Source: the human T2T-CHM13v2.0 reference genome, Homo sapiens. From it: a stretch of DNA of 64,000 nt. The notes beneath the pieces were generated by a model. That model searched no databases. It worked only from the letters and a program-made list of their open reading frames with translations, and was not told the DNA's origin. Both the position numbers and the translations under genes were made by a program. The stretch lies in NCBI RefSeq assembly GCF_009914755.1, contig NC_060947.1; one strand, given 5' to 3'. How positions within the stretch are numbered: position 1 is the first letter of the stretch; every line of letters starts with the position of its first letter. This document shows positions 30,310 through 44,527 of the stretch, piece by piece.

Positions 30310-30535
30310 TAGCAACTATTTATTGAATGCTTAACATATGGCAGGTTTGTTCTTTACATACATTATTTTATGTTATTCCTCATAATTACCCTGCAAACTA
30401 TGCATGACATCCTCATATTACAGATGAAGAAATGTAGCCTCAGGGAAGCTTAGTGATTTTGCAGTGCTATGCAGCAGAGAAGTGGTGGATCCACAAGTCC
30501 ACCAGACCTGTTTGACCCCAGAGTCCATGTTGCAC
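30310..30535 (-). mobile_element. MIR
   Basis: TTTATTGAATGCTT...TTACAGATGAAGAAATGTAGCCTCAGGGAAG. Confidence 0.72.
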
Positions 30536-30879
30536 TTAATTAACCATAGAGTTATCTGTATGTTCTGTTGTTATATTATCAACAGAACATCTTAGTAGAG
30601 TATGGAGACCGGAGGGCATAAGAGTCTGGCTGGAACACAAGAATGCTTGCTGTGGAGCATTTTGAACAAGTAGTAACCAGTGTGAAAACCTTGAGTGCTT
30701 GGAAGTAGGAGGGTGGCAATTAGGAGGTAATGAAGTGAGATAGAAGAATGCTGAAGGCAATCCTGTTCTTCCCCAAAGTTTGCCAAGGGCAGATCCCACT
30801 AGAGTCATTTCTTCCTGGAACCACACTATCAATTTGCAAGAGGCCATTTGGAAACTTGAGGAGAGAGCAGCACAATGTG

Positions 30880-31040
30880 ATCTTTTGCCCAGCAGCATCA
30901 CTTGGGAATTTGTTAGCAGGTCAAATCTCAGGTCCATATTAGACCTTCTAAATCAGACACTCTGAGATGGATCCCAGCAAGTTGTATTTCAGCAAGCCCT
31001 CCAGGAAATTCTGAGGCACACTCACATTTGAAAACCACTG
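30880..31040. mobile_element. MER5A hAT-Charlie MITE
   Basis: CAGCAGCATCACTTGGGAATTTGTTAG...AAGCCCTCCAGG...TTTGAAAACCACTG. Confidence 0.78.
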
Positions 31041-31305
31041 CTTTTGGAAAAGTAGTGGGGGTATTCTAAGTCAGGGAAACAGTGTGAGCAACATTTCAAT
31101 GAGATTAATATAGGTGTTGTGTCTGTGGACTGGGAAAGAACCAGGTGTGGCTGGAGGGTAGAGTGCATGGGTAGGGGCGGCAAAAAATAAACAGGGTCAT
31201 ATTGGAGGTTTCTTGAACTTTACATTTCAAGTAATAAGTGACATAGGTTCAAGGGGGAGAACAACATGGACACCAGGAAATTGGTTAAGAAGCTACATTT
31301 CTCAT

Positions 31306-31955
31306 ATAGTCTTGTTCTCTGTCCTGGCCACACATTAGAATCACTTCAGGAGTTTGTCAATGTTACCAGCTTCATGTCATTGCTATCGTGAATTTTACTA
31401 CAATGAACATCTGCGTGCATGTGTCTTTATGATAGAATGATTTCCATTTCTTTGGGTACGTACCCAGCAGTCATAAAAAAAGAATGCGATCATGTCCTTT
31501 GCAGGGACATGGATAGAGCTGGAAGCCATTATCCTTAGCAGACTGACACAGGAGCAGAAAACCAAATACCACATGTTTTCACTTATGAGTGGGAGCTAAA
31601 TGATGAGAACACATGGACACATAGAGGGGAATAACACATACTGGGGCCTTCTGGAGGATGGAGGTGGGGAGGGAGAAGATCAGGAAAAATAATGGGTACT
31701 AGGCCTAATACCTGGGTGACGAAATAATCTGTATAACAAACCCCTGTGACACAAGTTTACCTGTGTCACAAACTTGCACATGTACCCCTGAAACTGAACC
31801 TAAAAGTAAAAAAAAAAAAAAAAAAATATCTTACCAACTCCAGGGTCCCTCTCCCAGACATTCAGATTTAATTAGTCTTACTGGTGGCCCAACATTGGTA
31901 TGTTTCAGAAGTTCTGCAGGTGACTCTAAAGTGCAGCCGGAGTTGAGGATCCCTG
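31306..31955. mobile_element. MER5B MITE interrupted by an L1PA insertion
   Basis: CCTGGCCACACATTAGAATCAC... then ...CAGGTGACTCTAAAGTGCAGCCGGAGTTGAGGATCCCTG. Confidence 0.72.
31375..31826 (+). mobile_element. L1PA (about PA13-15) 3' end with 5' inversion
   Basis: 31375-31470 is antisense L1 and 31467-31826 is sense with poly(A); degenerate TSD TTACCA(G/A)CT(T/C)CA. Confidence 0.87.
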
Positions 31956-32689
31956 TTCTAAGAGAAGTATAAAGCACATCTGTAAATGGATGGGAAGGAA
32001 CTGGGAGTGACCCTGCTGGGAGCTGTTTTCCTCACCACAGCTGGGGTGTGGCAAAGGACCCATGCAAAAAGCTTAAGCTGGGGTCCTTAGTCTTTATATA
32101 GGGTGAGCCACTTCTGTGACTACTTTGTGAATTACTTCAGCAGCTCAGGATGAACCTTTGCTGCAAATTTGAAATTGACCTGATATGATAGAGGGAACTG
32201 TCCCGGAGCTGTTTCATGCAGATGCCTGGACAAATCTCATCCAAAATCTCTATGTATCCCCCAAGGCCGACCATGGGTTCCCAGGAGAATGGACAGATCT
32301 TGGCAGGGGGAAGGTGGCGGCGGGGGGCAGGGGTTGGTCAAAGCCTGAACGTCAGTTCCCAGAGCTGCTTCCCTCTGAAACCCAGTTGGCAAATGTGCTG
32401 CTTCCTCTCCATGTCTGCCTCTGCAGCTTCTGCTGGCCCATCAAGTTGCTCCCACACTAGCAGAGAGCAAAAAGAGGGAGGTGGTGAACACAGCTCAACA
32501 ACATGCAAATTATAATCATCTCCATCCAGAGGATGGTGGTTGAGAGGTACATGAAAGGGAAGTAGAGGGCCATGGCAGGTCACTGTGAGTTACCTGAAAT
32601 CCAGCCAGCAATATGGCCAATTAGATAGGCATTAGGCATAGTGACTTTTAGAACTACTCAGCTTTGTAACAATTACAACAAATAATATT

Positions 32690-32925
32690 AGTAACTAATA
32701 CTTATTTAGTGTTTACTAAGGGCCGGCCAGATACTATGCTTAGAGACTTATTTCTATTGATTATATCATTTAATTCTTATATTGACCTTATGAGATAGGC
32801 ACTGTTGGTATCTCTTTTTTACAGATGAGGAAACTGAGGTTCAGAGAGGCTACGGAATTTGCCCAAAGTCATACAGCTAACAAGTGTAGAACCAGGCCCC
32901 TCAACTGGGTCTGACTCCACAGTCA
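32690..32925 (-). mobile_element. MIR
   Basis: TTTTACAGATGAGGAAACTGAGGTTCAGAGAGG...TTGCCCAAAGTCATACAGCTA. Confidence 0.88.
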
Positions 32926-33181
32926 GACTCCACAGCTGTTAATCATTCTGCTGAAGTTGTTAATAGTAAAACCATCCTCCATTCTGGAATGAGTAGAATT
33001 TATATGGGATGTATGGGAAATTAGATGGAGGCCAGGTAACAGAGGGCCTTGAAGACCAGGCTGCGAGGTTTGGGTTTGATTCTGGAGGCATCGGAGAGCC
33101 ATTAGATGCATTATTATTGGCATTAGCAAACAAACTCTGGCAATAAACACTATGTGTAAGATGGGTCCAGATGGGGAGAAA

Positions 33182-33350
33182 CAGGCAGGAGTGGCTACAT
33201 AATTTGCAGGGCCCAGTGCAAAATGAAATTGCAGGGCTCCTTGTTAAAGAAAAAAAAATTAGGACTTTCAAGGTGGTAACAGCAGAGCATTAAACCAAGT
33301 GTGAGTACCTATGAGCCTGCTCAGATAGCATGACTATGAAGCTAGTCCTG
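33182..33350. mobile_element. MER45A-like hAT-Tip100 MITE
   Basis: GGCTACATAATTTGCAGGGCCCAGTGCAAAATGAAA...AGCAGAGCATTAAACCAAG...ATGAAGCTAGTCCTG. Confidence 0.78.
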
Positions 33351-34653
33351 AAGATAGGAAGGCAGTCAAGAAGGTATCCAGTATAGGGAGGTGGGGTGGA
33401 GTGGGGGTGGAGTGGCATAGATAAGGTCTAGGACTGGGGTGGTGGTGGTGAGGCTAGGAATAATAGGATGGAAAAGTAGAATCAATAGGTTTTGATGAAC
33501 ATTCCTCTCTCACCTCCCAACTTCAGTGAAAACTCTGAGATTGAGTCTGGATGACTGAATGGAAGGACTGGAAGGGGAGCTAATCTGAAGGAGAAATTGA
33601 TAAATTTGCTTTGGAAACCTACTCAGTTCCATCTGCATACTTGGTGTTTAGATGAGTATGGATGTTACTATTTCACATGGGATACTGTCCCTTAAGTGAC
33701 ATGGTCTCTTGCTTTGCCATGAAACTATGTTTTGTTTCCTCCCTGTGAGAAGAGAGATTTAAGAGATTTTTTTAGTTTGTTTCAGGGAGCCAGAGCCAGG
33801 ACAAGTAAGCTTTCCTTCAATATGCTTTCTTTGGACTATAAAGGGAGTTCCTACATGGGCTTCAGTTACAGAGCACACAGCAATCAATTCTCCCTCCCTC
33901 CACACCTAAGGGTTTGTGCAGATCCTGAAGATCATTCCAGGTACACTGTGGTAGGCCGGCATAACAGAGTCATTCATTACCTTGACTTCTAGTCTCCCCT
34001 ATATTCTCAGCACTTCCTTGGCCCTGTTCTTTCTAATCTGCCCCTTAGGACACAGAGGTACTCTAGGAGCCTTTAAATGGCTCCAAAGCAGATGCCCTTG
34101 CTCTCCATCCAGGTCACTCTGATAAAGGGACTGACTGGACCCAGAAGAATAAGAGAGGTTTCAGTCCCAGCACAGCCTGGCAAGTCTGCTTGTTAACCAG
34201 TGGTAGGGTAGTTCCATATTAAAGGACCAGAATGGCGGAGTTTACCAATTATGGGCTAACCATATGGGTGGTAGGGGGAGTTAAGGGGAGAGGAATTTCA
34301 TCACATAGCCACCGTACATCCTGCTGGCCATTCCCTGTTTGTCTCCTGTCTTGTAAAGTGTCCAGCTATACTCTAAATAGCACCCTACAAAGAAAGTAGC
34401 CCTCCACTATATCCAAGGTGAAACCCACCAAACACATGCTCATAGATTAGTTCCTCTCATAAGAAGAGCCTGGCTTGGACATAAGTGAGGAGATTAGTGC
34501 CTTGGTGGATGATGTGAGTGGCCTTGGCCAACTTCCTCCTTGATCCCCAAGCTGCTGGGTCCTTGATGAGAGATAAAAGACCAATAGAGCCTCATGCAGA
34601 AATCACCTCCTTTTGTATGAACCTTATTGTATTTTAGAAATAGAGAAGGTGAT

Positions 34654-35174
<521 letters not shown>

Positions 35175-36096
35175 TTAATCATAATCTTAATCATATTGAG
35201 AGAAGCTGAGTCGTTAGAGTGTGTGGGCTGTGCAACCACAACCAGCTGGGAATCTGGGTTGTAACCGTCTGAGAGGATCTGCCTGTCACTGCCACAGTCA
35301 ATAACCCTGGCTTATCCAGACCATGTGAGGGTTTTCTTGTGCCTTCTGACCTGGATGCTTTAATGTTGCTTTGTTTTCTCAAATGCTGCCCTAGCGTGGG
35401 GGAGCTAGGGACAGGCTTCACTGAGGACTGTATCTTTGACACAGCCAAGAAGAGGACAAGTGTGAGTTTGGACACTTGCCTAACCACGGGCCTTCTTTAT
35501 TAACCTGGGATCCTCTGCCACTGCAGAAGAGAACCTAGCTGCCATGTGTCAGGTTTGAGTTGGGTGTAGTTTATGAATCGAGATTGCGGGGGCCAAACCG
35601 GGAAGGAGTAAAGTCTGTTTTCAGTGTAGTCTTATTTCCTCCTGTAGGGTCTTGCTGCTGAGGCACCCAATATTTTCATAAAATCCCTTAGGCTGCTTCG
35701 GGTATCTTCATCATGATCATCCTCAGGCCTTTCTCTCCTAGGCAGCTTTGACAGCCATAGACCTTTCTTAAACTCTCTTCCTCATCTTCACAACTTGCCT
35801 CTTCAGGGACCCAGATTCTCAGAAGTCTGCCTGACTTTGAATGTGATAACATGCTTTGGGTCTGGGTGTTAATGACCAATGATAACTGTACTGTTCCTGC
35901 CAAGTTTTATTCATAATTAAGTGAGGACCTTGGATGCCTCAGAAGAGGGAGCACAGCATGAACTCTGACGCATAAAGGCAAGGGAAAACCATTTTAGAGC
36001 AGAAGTCTTTAGTGCCTCTCAATTCAAGACCTGGTGAAAGTGGCTGCATCTGTGGGTAGAGCCTCTGCCCTTCCCTCTGCCTCTACCTATCCCTTA

Positions 36097-36345
36097 AAAA
36101 CACTGCATGTTCTCACTCATAGGTGGGAATCGAACAATGAGAACACTTGGACACAGGAAGGGGAGCATCACACACCGGGGCCTGTTGTGGGGTGGGTGGA
36201 GCAGGGAGGGATAGCATTAGGAGATATACCTAATGTAAACGACGAGTTAATGGGTGCAGCACACCAACATGGCACATGTATACATATGTAACAAACCTGC
36301 ACGTTGTGCACATGTACCCTAGAACTTAAAGTATAATAAAAAAAA
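36097..36345 (+). mobile_element. L1PA (about PA4/5) 3'-end fragment
   Basis: GCATGTTCTCACTCATAGGTGGGAAT...CCCTAGAACTTAAAGTATAATAAAAAAAA. Confidence 0.92.
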
Positions 36346-36723
36346 TCGTACTTCAAGAGGTAGGATACTCTAGTAGTTTAGAGAACAAACTCTGGAGCTA
36401 GGGTCAAGAAAAACCCTACATACAGATTATCAGGAAGAAATGCAATAGTGAAAAGAGCTAGGGCAACGGAAAGAGGAAAGACCCAGATTTAAATCCCTGC
36501 TCCACAGTAGCTGTGTGAACTTAGACATGCCATTTAGCATCTCTAAGCCACAGATTCATCTGTGAAGGGGAGATAATTACAGCTTTCCCACTTACCAGCT
36601 CAAATCGTAGCCTGGTCAAATCCTAGCTCTCCCACTTAGCAGCTCTGTGACCTTGGGCAAGTTACTTCATCTTTCTCTGCCTCAGACTTCTCATCTGTAA
36701 AATGGGCTTAATAACTGTACGTA

Positions 36724-37128
36724 CAGCCATGCATTTCTTAATGACAGGGATATGTTCTGAGAAATGTCTCCTTAAGAAATTTTTTCATTGTGTGAACATC
36801 ATAGTGTGTACTCATAGAAACCTAGAGGGTATAGCCTACTAGGAACCTAGGCTATGTGTTATGGTCTATTGCTCCTAGGCTACAAACCTGTACAGTATGT
36901 TACTGTACTGAATATTGTAGGCGATTGTAACACAATGGGAAGTATTTGTGTATCTAACACACAATATCATTTATACACAATATAATTTATATATAATAAA
37001 AATGATAAATGATATAAATGATAAAAAATGGTATGTCTGTATAAGGCAGCTCCATTATAGTCTTATGTGACCAACGCCATATATGTGGTCTATCCTTGAC
37101 TGAAATTTCATTATGCAGCATGTGACTG
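36724..37128 (+). mobile_element. Tigger3a/MER7-type DNA transposon inserted in a MIR (36600-37235)
   Basis: TIRs CAGCCATGCATT...ATGCAGCATGTGACTG, TA TSD; GCTCCTAGGCTACAAACCTGTACAG. Confidence 0.85.
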
Positions 37129-38145
37129 TACTTCTCAGGGTTCTTATGAGGATAATAAATGAGTTGATATGTGTGTAGTGGCTAGACTAGTGCCTGGCAC
37201 ATGGAAACTGTTACATAATTGTTTGTTAAGTAAATGTGAAACCGAGGATGTATGGCAGCCAAACTTCCTGCCTGTGAGAGGGCCAGCCAGAAAACTACCC
37301 ACTTCCCTCAGGGGAGAGCATGAGCAGTGTCCAGGCTGGAAACTGTGTGGTTTTAATCCTCTGCAGAAGGGACATGCTACCCTCCCCCATTTGACAAGGG
37401 TAAAATACAGGCTATGTCTGAGCAGGCTGTGTAGGGGGAAAAAAGGATCAGCTAGACACCATGTACATGGTAGACTGGTTCATCAACTGGGATGGGGCTG
37501 TCTTTGAGCAACCTCTGGCTAAGAAAGTGCCCCCCAATTTCTCCTTATATGTAGTGGACCTTATTAATCTCTTTGCCTGGTTTTGTTGCTTCCAGGAGGA
37601 AAGGACCTAAACTGACAGTGCCTGAACAAGTCAGAATGTATCTAATCTGGCGTGTGTGAAACCTAGCAGCCATCCAAGAAAGCGCAAGTAAGTAGGGTTC
37701 TGCGGGATATGCATATATTTTTATAATAAAAAGGTTACAGGCATCATAATGACTGTGACTTGGAAAGAGTCATTTGCTGCCTCTTATCAGCTGAGACTGG
37801 CCCTATGAAACAGCCTGTTCCCGTTGGAGGCTCCCGGGATCTCAAGGAGTAAATCCAGTTATTCATCTCAACCTTGCTTTGGCTGTGCTGAATTCCTTTG
37901 CCTGGAACTGGGAGGCTCCCCAGTGGGGGGCTTTGGCATGCTAGGGCTTCTGCAGCAGGGGCTCAGTGTTCCACTGCCCTCATATCCATGACTGAGAAAG
38001 AAAAGAGTGGGGTCAGGTGGGTGGCTAAAAGGTGGCTATTTTGATATCAAAATAGTGGTGAGTCCATTCATTCACTAAGCCAAAATAGAGCATTTGCTAC
38101 CTCTAGGGTCACCAGCTGCCTCCCTGCACTGCACATTTTGCTTTA

Positions 38146-38457
38146 CAGTACCCTGGAGGGATATGTTCCAAGACCCCAGTGGATGCCTGAAACTGCAGAT
38201 AGTATCAAACTTCATGTATACAGCATTATGTTTTTTCCTATACATATATACGTATGACAAAGCTTATAAATTAGGGACAGTAAGAGGTTAACAACAGTAA
38301 TCAAAAATAAAATGGAACAATTATTACACATACTGTCATGAAAGTTATGTAAATGTTCTCTCAAAATATCTTACTGTACTCACGTATTTTCAGACTTCCA
38401 TTAACTACAGCTAACTGTAACCACAGAAAGAGAAACCATGGATAACGGGGTCTACTG
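38146..38457. mobile_element. MER44-type (Tigger7-derived) MITE
   Basis: TA-CAGTA...GTTCCAAGACCCCAGTGGATGCCTGAAAC...GGATAACGGGGTCTACTG-TA. Confidence 0.8.
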
Positions 38458-38570
38458 TATATTCAACTTAGGACTTGGGTAGACATTTGGGGATTGATAT
38501 TGTTTTCCTGGGCATCAATCATTTCCTGACAGGATCAGACTTTATATAAAATAAGGGACAGCCTCCTATC

Positions 38571-38646
38571 TTAGGTTGAACCACATAACATTGGTGGGTT
38601 TGTCGGTAAAATGGTCAAATACTGCAGTTCGGTGTGATTCCACCTA
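38571..38646. mobile_element. MADE2 mariner MITE
   Basis: About 76-bp imperfect palindrome TTAGGTTGAACCACAT...GTGTGATTCCACCTA. Confidence 0.7.
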
Positions 38647-39460
38647 CCATTTCTTGGCTATGCCTCACAATATCCTGTACAGAGTAGGCAGCAGGTTCTT
38701 GTCAAGTCTCTTTTTTTTTCTTTTCTTTTCTTTTTCTTTTTCTTTTTTTTGATGAAGTTGCAGGCAGCCAGGATCTCACAATTCTCTTTGCTTTCACATG
38801 CAAAGGCAATTCAGAATAATAACATCATCTCTAATTGATGGAGCATTTCAGCTTGGTGGGATGGGGGTGTGTCTTTACTGGGCTCTTATGTAGTCCATTG
38901 TTCTACTTAATGCTCAGAACAGCCTTATGAGGCAGGTGTTATTATCTCCTCTTCACAGATGAGTCTGTGGCTTAGAGATGCTAAATGGCATGTCTGAGTT
39001 CACACAGTTACTGTGGAGCAGGGATTTGAATCTGGGTCTGGCCTCTTTCCATCGCCCTAGCTCTTTTCACTATTTGCATTTCTTCCTGTTAATCTGTATG
39101 TAGGGTTTTTCTTGACCCTTTGCTAATACTTTTCACCTTCAAAAGTTTAAAGGTTATTGAGGGGTTCCTCCAGTTCTACGATCCTAATGAACACAAGCAG
39201 CTTGCCCCAGTTATTTGTGCATAATGTTTCCCAGCTACTCCAAACAACTTCCTACCATGAGGAAATACTCCTGTGTACTACTCAGACAATTGAAAGCTCT
39301 AGTTATTAAGCCACTTCCTTTGGTGTTAAATAGCAGTATTTTGCCGGGTGCTGGAAATTGATCCTGTATATAAAATGTATCTTGAGGCTTCAGTACATTT
39401 TGTATTTATATAGCCCTATCTTTATAGAAATTGGATCACTAAACTGTCTCAAGATCATAG

Positions 39461-39793
<333 letters not shown>

Positions 39794-40327
39794 CATTTTG
39801 AAACAGAACAGTTTAGATGTCAACAGAGCCTATAGAGATCATGTAATCAGAATCTCCCTCCCTCATCTTATAGCTGAGAAAACTGAGGCTAAAATGGGAA
39901 GTGCCTTGCTCAAGATCAGAGAGCTAGTTCAAAGGCAGAGGCAGGGCCCAAACTGAGATATGTCTGACTCCTGCTTCCTTCATTGTATCCTGTCTCCTTC
40001 AGCACTATCATCCTTACAGGTATTTAGCTACCAAATCTTTACTGAACACCTGCCATGTGCTAGATTTTGACTCAGAGTTGTTAGGTAATCTTTGTAGGGT
40101 CACACTACAAGCACATTATATGATTTGGAGCCTCAGTCTCTAGTATTTCCTGCCAGCCACATTGCCAGTCCTCCCTGCAGCCTTGCATCTCTTAGTTTTC
40201 CAGTACAATTCAGAGAAGGGCATCGTTGGGGTATAGATAGGCAGGATCCTCAGTGAATACTTGCTGATGTGAAAAAAATTTTAAAAATGACTCCTCCCTT
40301 GAGGATCAGTTGAACAAACTCAGTAAA

Positions 40328-40521
40328 CTGTGGTTCTAAAACCGGTTCTCAAGCATGCATCAGGGTTGCCTGAGAGAATGTTAAAACACAGATTGCAAGG
40401 CCCCAAGCTTGGAGCATCTCATTCAGTAGAAGTGGGATGGGGATGGGGAATTTGCATTTCTAACAAGTTCCCAGGTGCTGCTGGTGCTGCTGGTCCAGGG
40501 ACCATACATTGAGAACCACTG
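40328..40521. mobile_element. MER5A MITE
   Basis: TTTGCATTTCTAACAAGTTCCCAGGTGCTGCTG...TTGAGAACCACTG. Confidence 0.85.
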
Positions 40522-41155
40522 TTTTAGTCTATAAAATGGGTGTAATACTTAACCTCGTTCCTCTTTAAGGTTGCCTGAGCCAGCTCAAAGTTTTCAGTGA
40601 GAATGGTTTGGGAGATAGTACCTCAGTTTTCTCCATCATTTTGAATGTGCAGAAATAGCTTCCAGATTGTATCTGACATTATGCCTTTTCATAGTATTCT
40701 AGAATAAATTTTGAAAAAATATTAGGTCATTTAGTCCAGCCTTCTGCATCTAAACTGGGATCTACCTAACTCATCCCAAATATATGCTTGGCTCTTTACA
40801 GTTTTTTGTTCGTTTATTCCTTGAGTGGTTATAATGAGAAGCTTCTCTGCATGTGCTCCTGTGAACTAATCATCTCCTTATTCTAATTCCTTCCCTTGGA
40901 TGCTCAACAGCGATTGCTGCCAGCAAATCTATCTGTTCAAGGATGTGTGGATATAGTGCCTAGCATAGTGCTTGGTGCATAGCAGACATTCAGTGCATGT
41001 TAGCTGCCTTTCCTTCCCCTTCTCAAACTGGTAATACCTCCTGATTTCTCATGAGCCATCCTAGCACTCCCCTGATCCAAAACAGGGCATGGACCAGGTT
41101 ATAACTGAAAAGGTAAAAGATCTCCAGATGACATCCTCCCCTATATTTCTAAAAA

Positions 41156-41333
41156 TAGTGGCTCTCAGTCCTGGTTGCACATTAGAATTACCTGGGTAGC
41201 TTTGAAAAAATACTAATGCCTAGGCCCCATACCAGACCAACAAAGTCAGAGTTTCTAGGAGTAAGACCTGGGCATCAGTATTTTTAGAGCTCTCCAGATG
41301 ATTCTAGTATGCATCCAATGTTGAAAACCACTG
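41156..41333. mobile_element. MER5B MITE
   Basis: AGTGGCTCTCAGTCCTGGTTGCACATTAGAATTACCTGGG...GTTGAAAACCACTG. Confidence 0.82.
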
Positions 41334-41377
41334 TTAAAAATAAAGCCGCTTTTCCCTCTACTCTGCCTTCTTGCCAT

Positions 41378-41576
41378 TTTTTTTTTCTTTTTGACATAGT
41401 CTCAGAGTCTGGCTCTGTTGCCCAGGCAGGAATGCAATGGCATGATCTTGGCTAACTGCAGCCTCCCCTTCCCAGGTTCAACTGATTCTCCTGCCTCAGC
41501 CTCCTGAATAGCTGGGATTACAGGTGCCTGCCACCACACCTGGCTAATTTTTTGTATTTTTAGGAGAGACAGGGGT
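41378..41576 (-). mobile_element. 5'-truncated Alu (right arm plus linker)
   Basis: TSD CTTCTTGCC(A/T)TTTT on both sides. Confidence 0.88.
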
Positions 41577-41616
41577 CTTCTTGCCTTTTAAACACAGGTT
41601 CTCTAACTCTAGATTC

Positions 41617-41931
41617 GGTGGTCCTGAAATTTTAGCGTGCTTCAGAGCCACCTGAATCATGCAGATTTTCCCCCTCTCAGAGTTTCTGATTCAGTAGGGC
41701 TGGTGTGGGGCCAAAGAATCTGGATTTTTTTTTTTCTTTGGTAGAGATGAGGCCTTGCTTTCTTACCTAGGCTGGTTTCAAACTCCTGGCCTCAAGTTAT
41801 CTTCCCACCTTGGCCTCTCAAAACGTTGGGATTACAGGTGTGGGCCACCATGTTTGGCCAGAATTTAGAGTTCTAGGTTTCCAGGTGGTGTGAATGTTGC
41901 TGGTTCAGGGATTACACTTTGTAAACCACTG
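41617..41931. mobile_element. MER5A with a FLAM_C inserted (minus strand, ~41727-41859)
   Basis: CAGAGTTTCTGATTCAGTAGG...TTTGTAAACCACTG; FLAM flanked by AGAAT(C/T)T(G/A)GA. Confidence 0.78.
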
Positions 41932-42701
41932 TTGGAAGGGGCACAATTCGCGTCATCCGGTGCCCCTTAAAAGACAATTTAGATGGCTGATTTTTTTAGA
42001 CCTCAATCTCCATGACAATTTTCAAGCACTATAAGGGTTTGCACACCCACACAGCTGTGTTGGGTAGAGCTGTATCAAAGTTACCAAGTATCCATTTGCG
42101 AAGACAGATGAAATACAAATGGTGTGCATTAGAGGAACTAAGCAAATGTTCTCCTGGGTAATAGGAGGAGGCCAGTAGCTGAAGAAAGAGTTAAATAATT
42201 AGGATGTTTATCCTGATTCAGTGTCTGTAGAGCTTGGGCGTCTTTGCCTCCATCTCCCCCTGCCATGGTTAGAACTGTCTTCTAGTATTTAAAGAGAGTT
42301 GTTGTTAAAGCACAATGGCAAATTAGATATCACAGGCAGCAAGAAATCAGAACAAAACAAAGCCACCCTTAATCCAGGGCAGCAGACCAGGAAAAAAAAT
42401 CTTTGGGGTTGTTTTTGAATATTGCAGTTAGCTTTAAGTAACAATGCCCAGTGCTTGCAAGTTTAATTATTCTCTACAAAGATGGGGGTGGGGAACAACT
42501 AGACAGAGATGATGAGGTTGGGAGGAAATTGGTTAGTGATTCTGTTTGCTTAGAATGACCGGCAAGGCGGCTCCTGCATTTGCCATCCATCACCTCTTCT
42601 CTAGAGGATCAAAGGCAAGAACAGAGGCAATAAATGGGCCCAGTAGCCCTGAGACACCAATTACATTACAATGTACAGAGAAGCACCTCTGGAAGGTTGG
42701 A

Positions 42702-42729
42702 GTGTGTGTGTGTGTGTGTGTGTGTGTGT
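42702..42729. repeat. (GT)n microsatellite
   Basis: About 14 perfect GT units. Confidence 0.95.
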
Positions 42730-43349
42730 ATCTCAAGGAGAGACTGGCCCAACAATATCAACTTTAATAGCAATTCAGTCTTTCTTACCTGTGTTTCTCT
42801 TATATAGTCCAAGGTAAGGATGAGCTGGCATAAATCCTGGCCCAGACAGGGGTGCTCAGAAAGCATAGTTGGCAGGTCAGTCCTGATACCCTTTCTCTTC
42901 CTGGTCCCACATCCTAGTACTTTAAGACCATCTTCTCATCTCTCTTTCCTCAGAATGACCACCAGCTCACCCTCCTGAGGGCTCGGTCGAACTTGACCAT
43001 GTATTTCCCAGAGCCTTAGCTTTTGCTCTGTGTGTACTTGTGCATGCACCCATGTGTGCATGTGTGTGTAGAGGGAGGTGAAGCACAATAACTTAATGTA
43101 AACTATCCAAATTTAGACTCCTTGGGTTTGAATCCCAACTGTACCTCCTATTTGCTGCATTACTTTGATGAAATCACTTCACTACTCTAAGCCTCAGTTT
43201 TTGCCTGTAAACAAAAGATAATGAAGCAGCCTGATATAGAGGGCTCTTGTGAGGGTTAAAAGAGGTAATCCGTGTAAAGCACTTAGCTTGGCACATTTTA
43301 AGTACTTAATACGTGGCAGTTGTTGTTTATCATTATTACTCCTTTTTAA

Positions 43350-43653
<304 letters not shown>

Positions 43654-44196
43654 ACGATTATTACTACTTTTACAGAGGAAGAGAGAAACTTCTGGGGCAG
43701 GTAGAGAAGCCCAGAGTGGTGGCAATACAAACTAAATGTCTGAGGCACTGCAAAACTATTTTCGGCCCCAGTGATAGCCTTTTCCTTGGGTGATTGCCAC
43801 TAATAATGTGGCAGAATTAAGCCTACTATTTTACGGGATATGAGAGGTTAGATATTCTTGGGAGGAGAGGTTTAGAGAATAAAATTTCCAAGCAGAGAAA
43901 GGAATATACTTATGAGGGACCTAATGTAGAAAGAAGCAGAGCTGACAGAGTATCTCAGCAGGAAGTGAGGTGTTGGGCCTTGGACCTTGGGGCGCTGGGC
44001 CTTTCTTCTTCCTTCCCCATCCACACACCAGCAGCGTCTGAAATACTTGTGTTTTTCTGCAAATGTTCTGCTTTCTTTCCTCTAGCCTTTGGGCACATTC
44101 ATCTTCTTGCACTGCTGGTCCTTTGCTTATGCTATTTCCTTCTTCTAGAACACCGTTTTACCTGCCATTCATCTGGTTAACACTTATTAAACTAGT

Positions 44197-44527
44197 ACAG
44201 TAGCTATGAGCCACATGTGGCTATTGAGCACTTAAAGTGTGGCTAGTATGAAGTGAGATACATAGTAAGTATAAAATACAGACCAGATTTTGAAGACTTA
44301 GTACAATAAAAAAGAATGCCTAATATCTCATTGATAATTTTGTATACTGATTACATGTTGAATGATATTTTGGATACAGTGGGTTAAATAAATTACATTG
44401 AAATAATTTCACTTGGTTTTTATTGACATCTTTGAAGGTAATAAATGCAAATGGCAAAACCACAATTACTTTTGCACCAACCTAATACAAATGTGGCTTG
44501 TATTATATTTCTACTGGACCACACTGC
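44197..44527. mobile_element. MER33/MER3-type hAT MITE containing half of a MADE1 (44446-44487), within L2
   Basis: CCACATGTGGCTATTGAGCACTT...AAAATACAGACCAGATTTTGAAGACTTAGTAC; AATGGCAAAACCACAATTACTTTTGCACCAACCTAATA. Confidence 0.8.
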
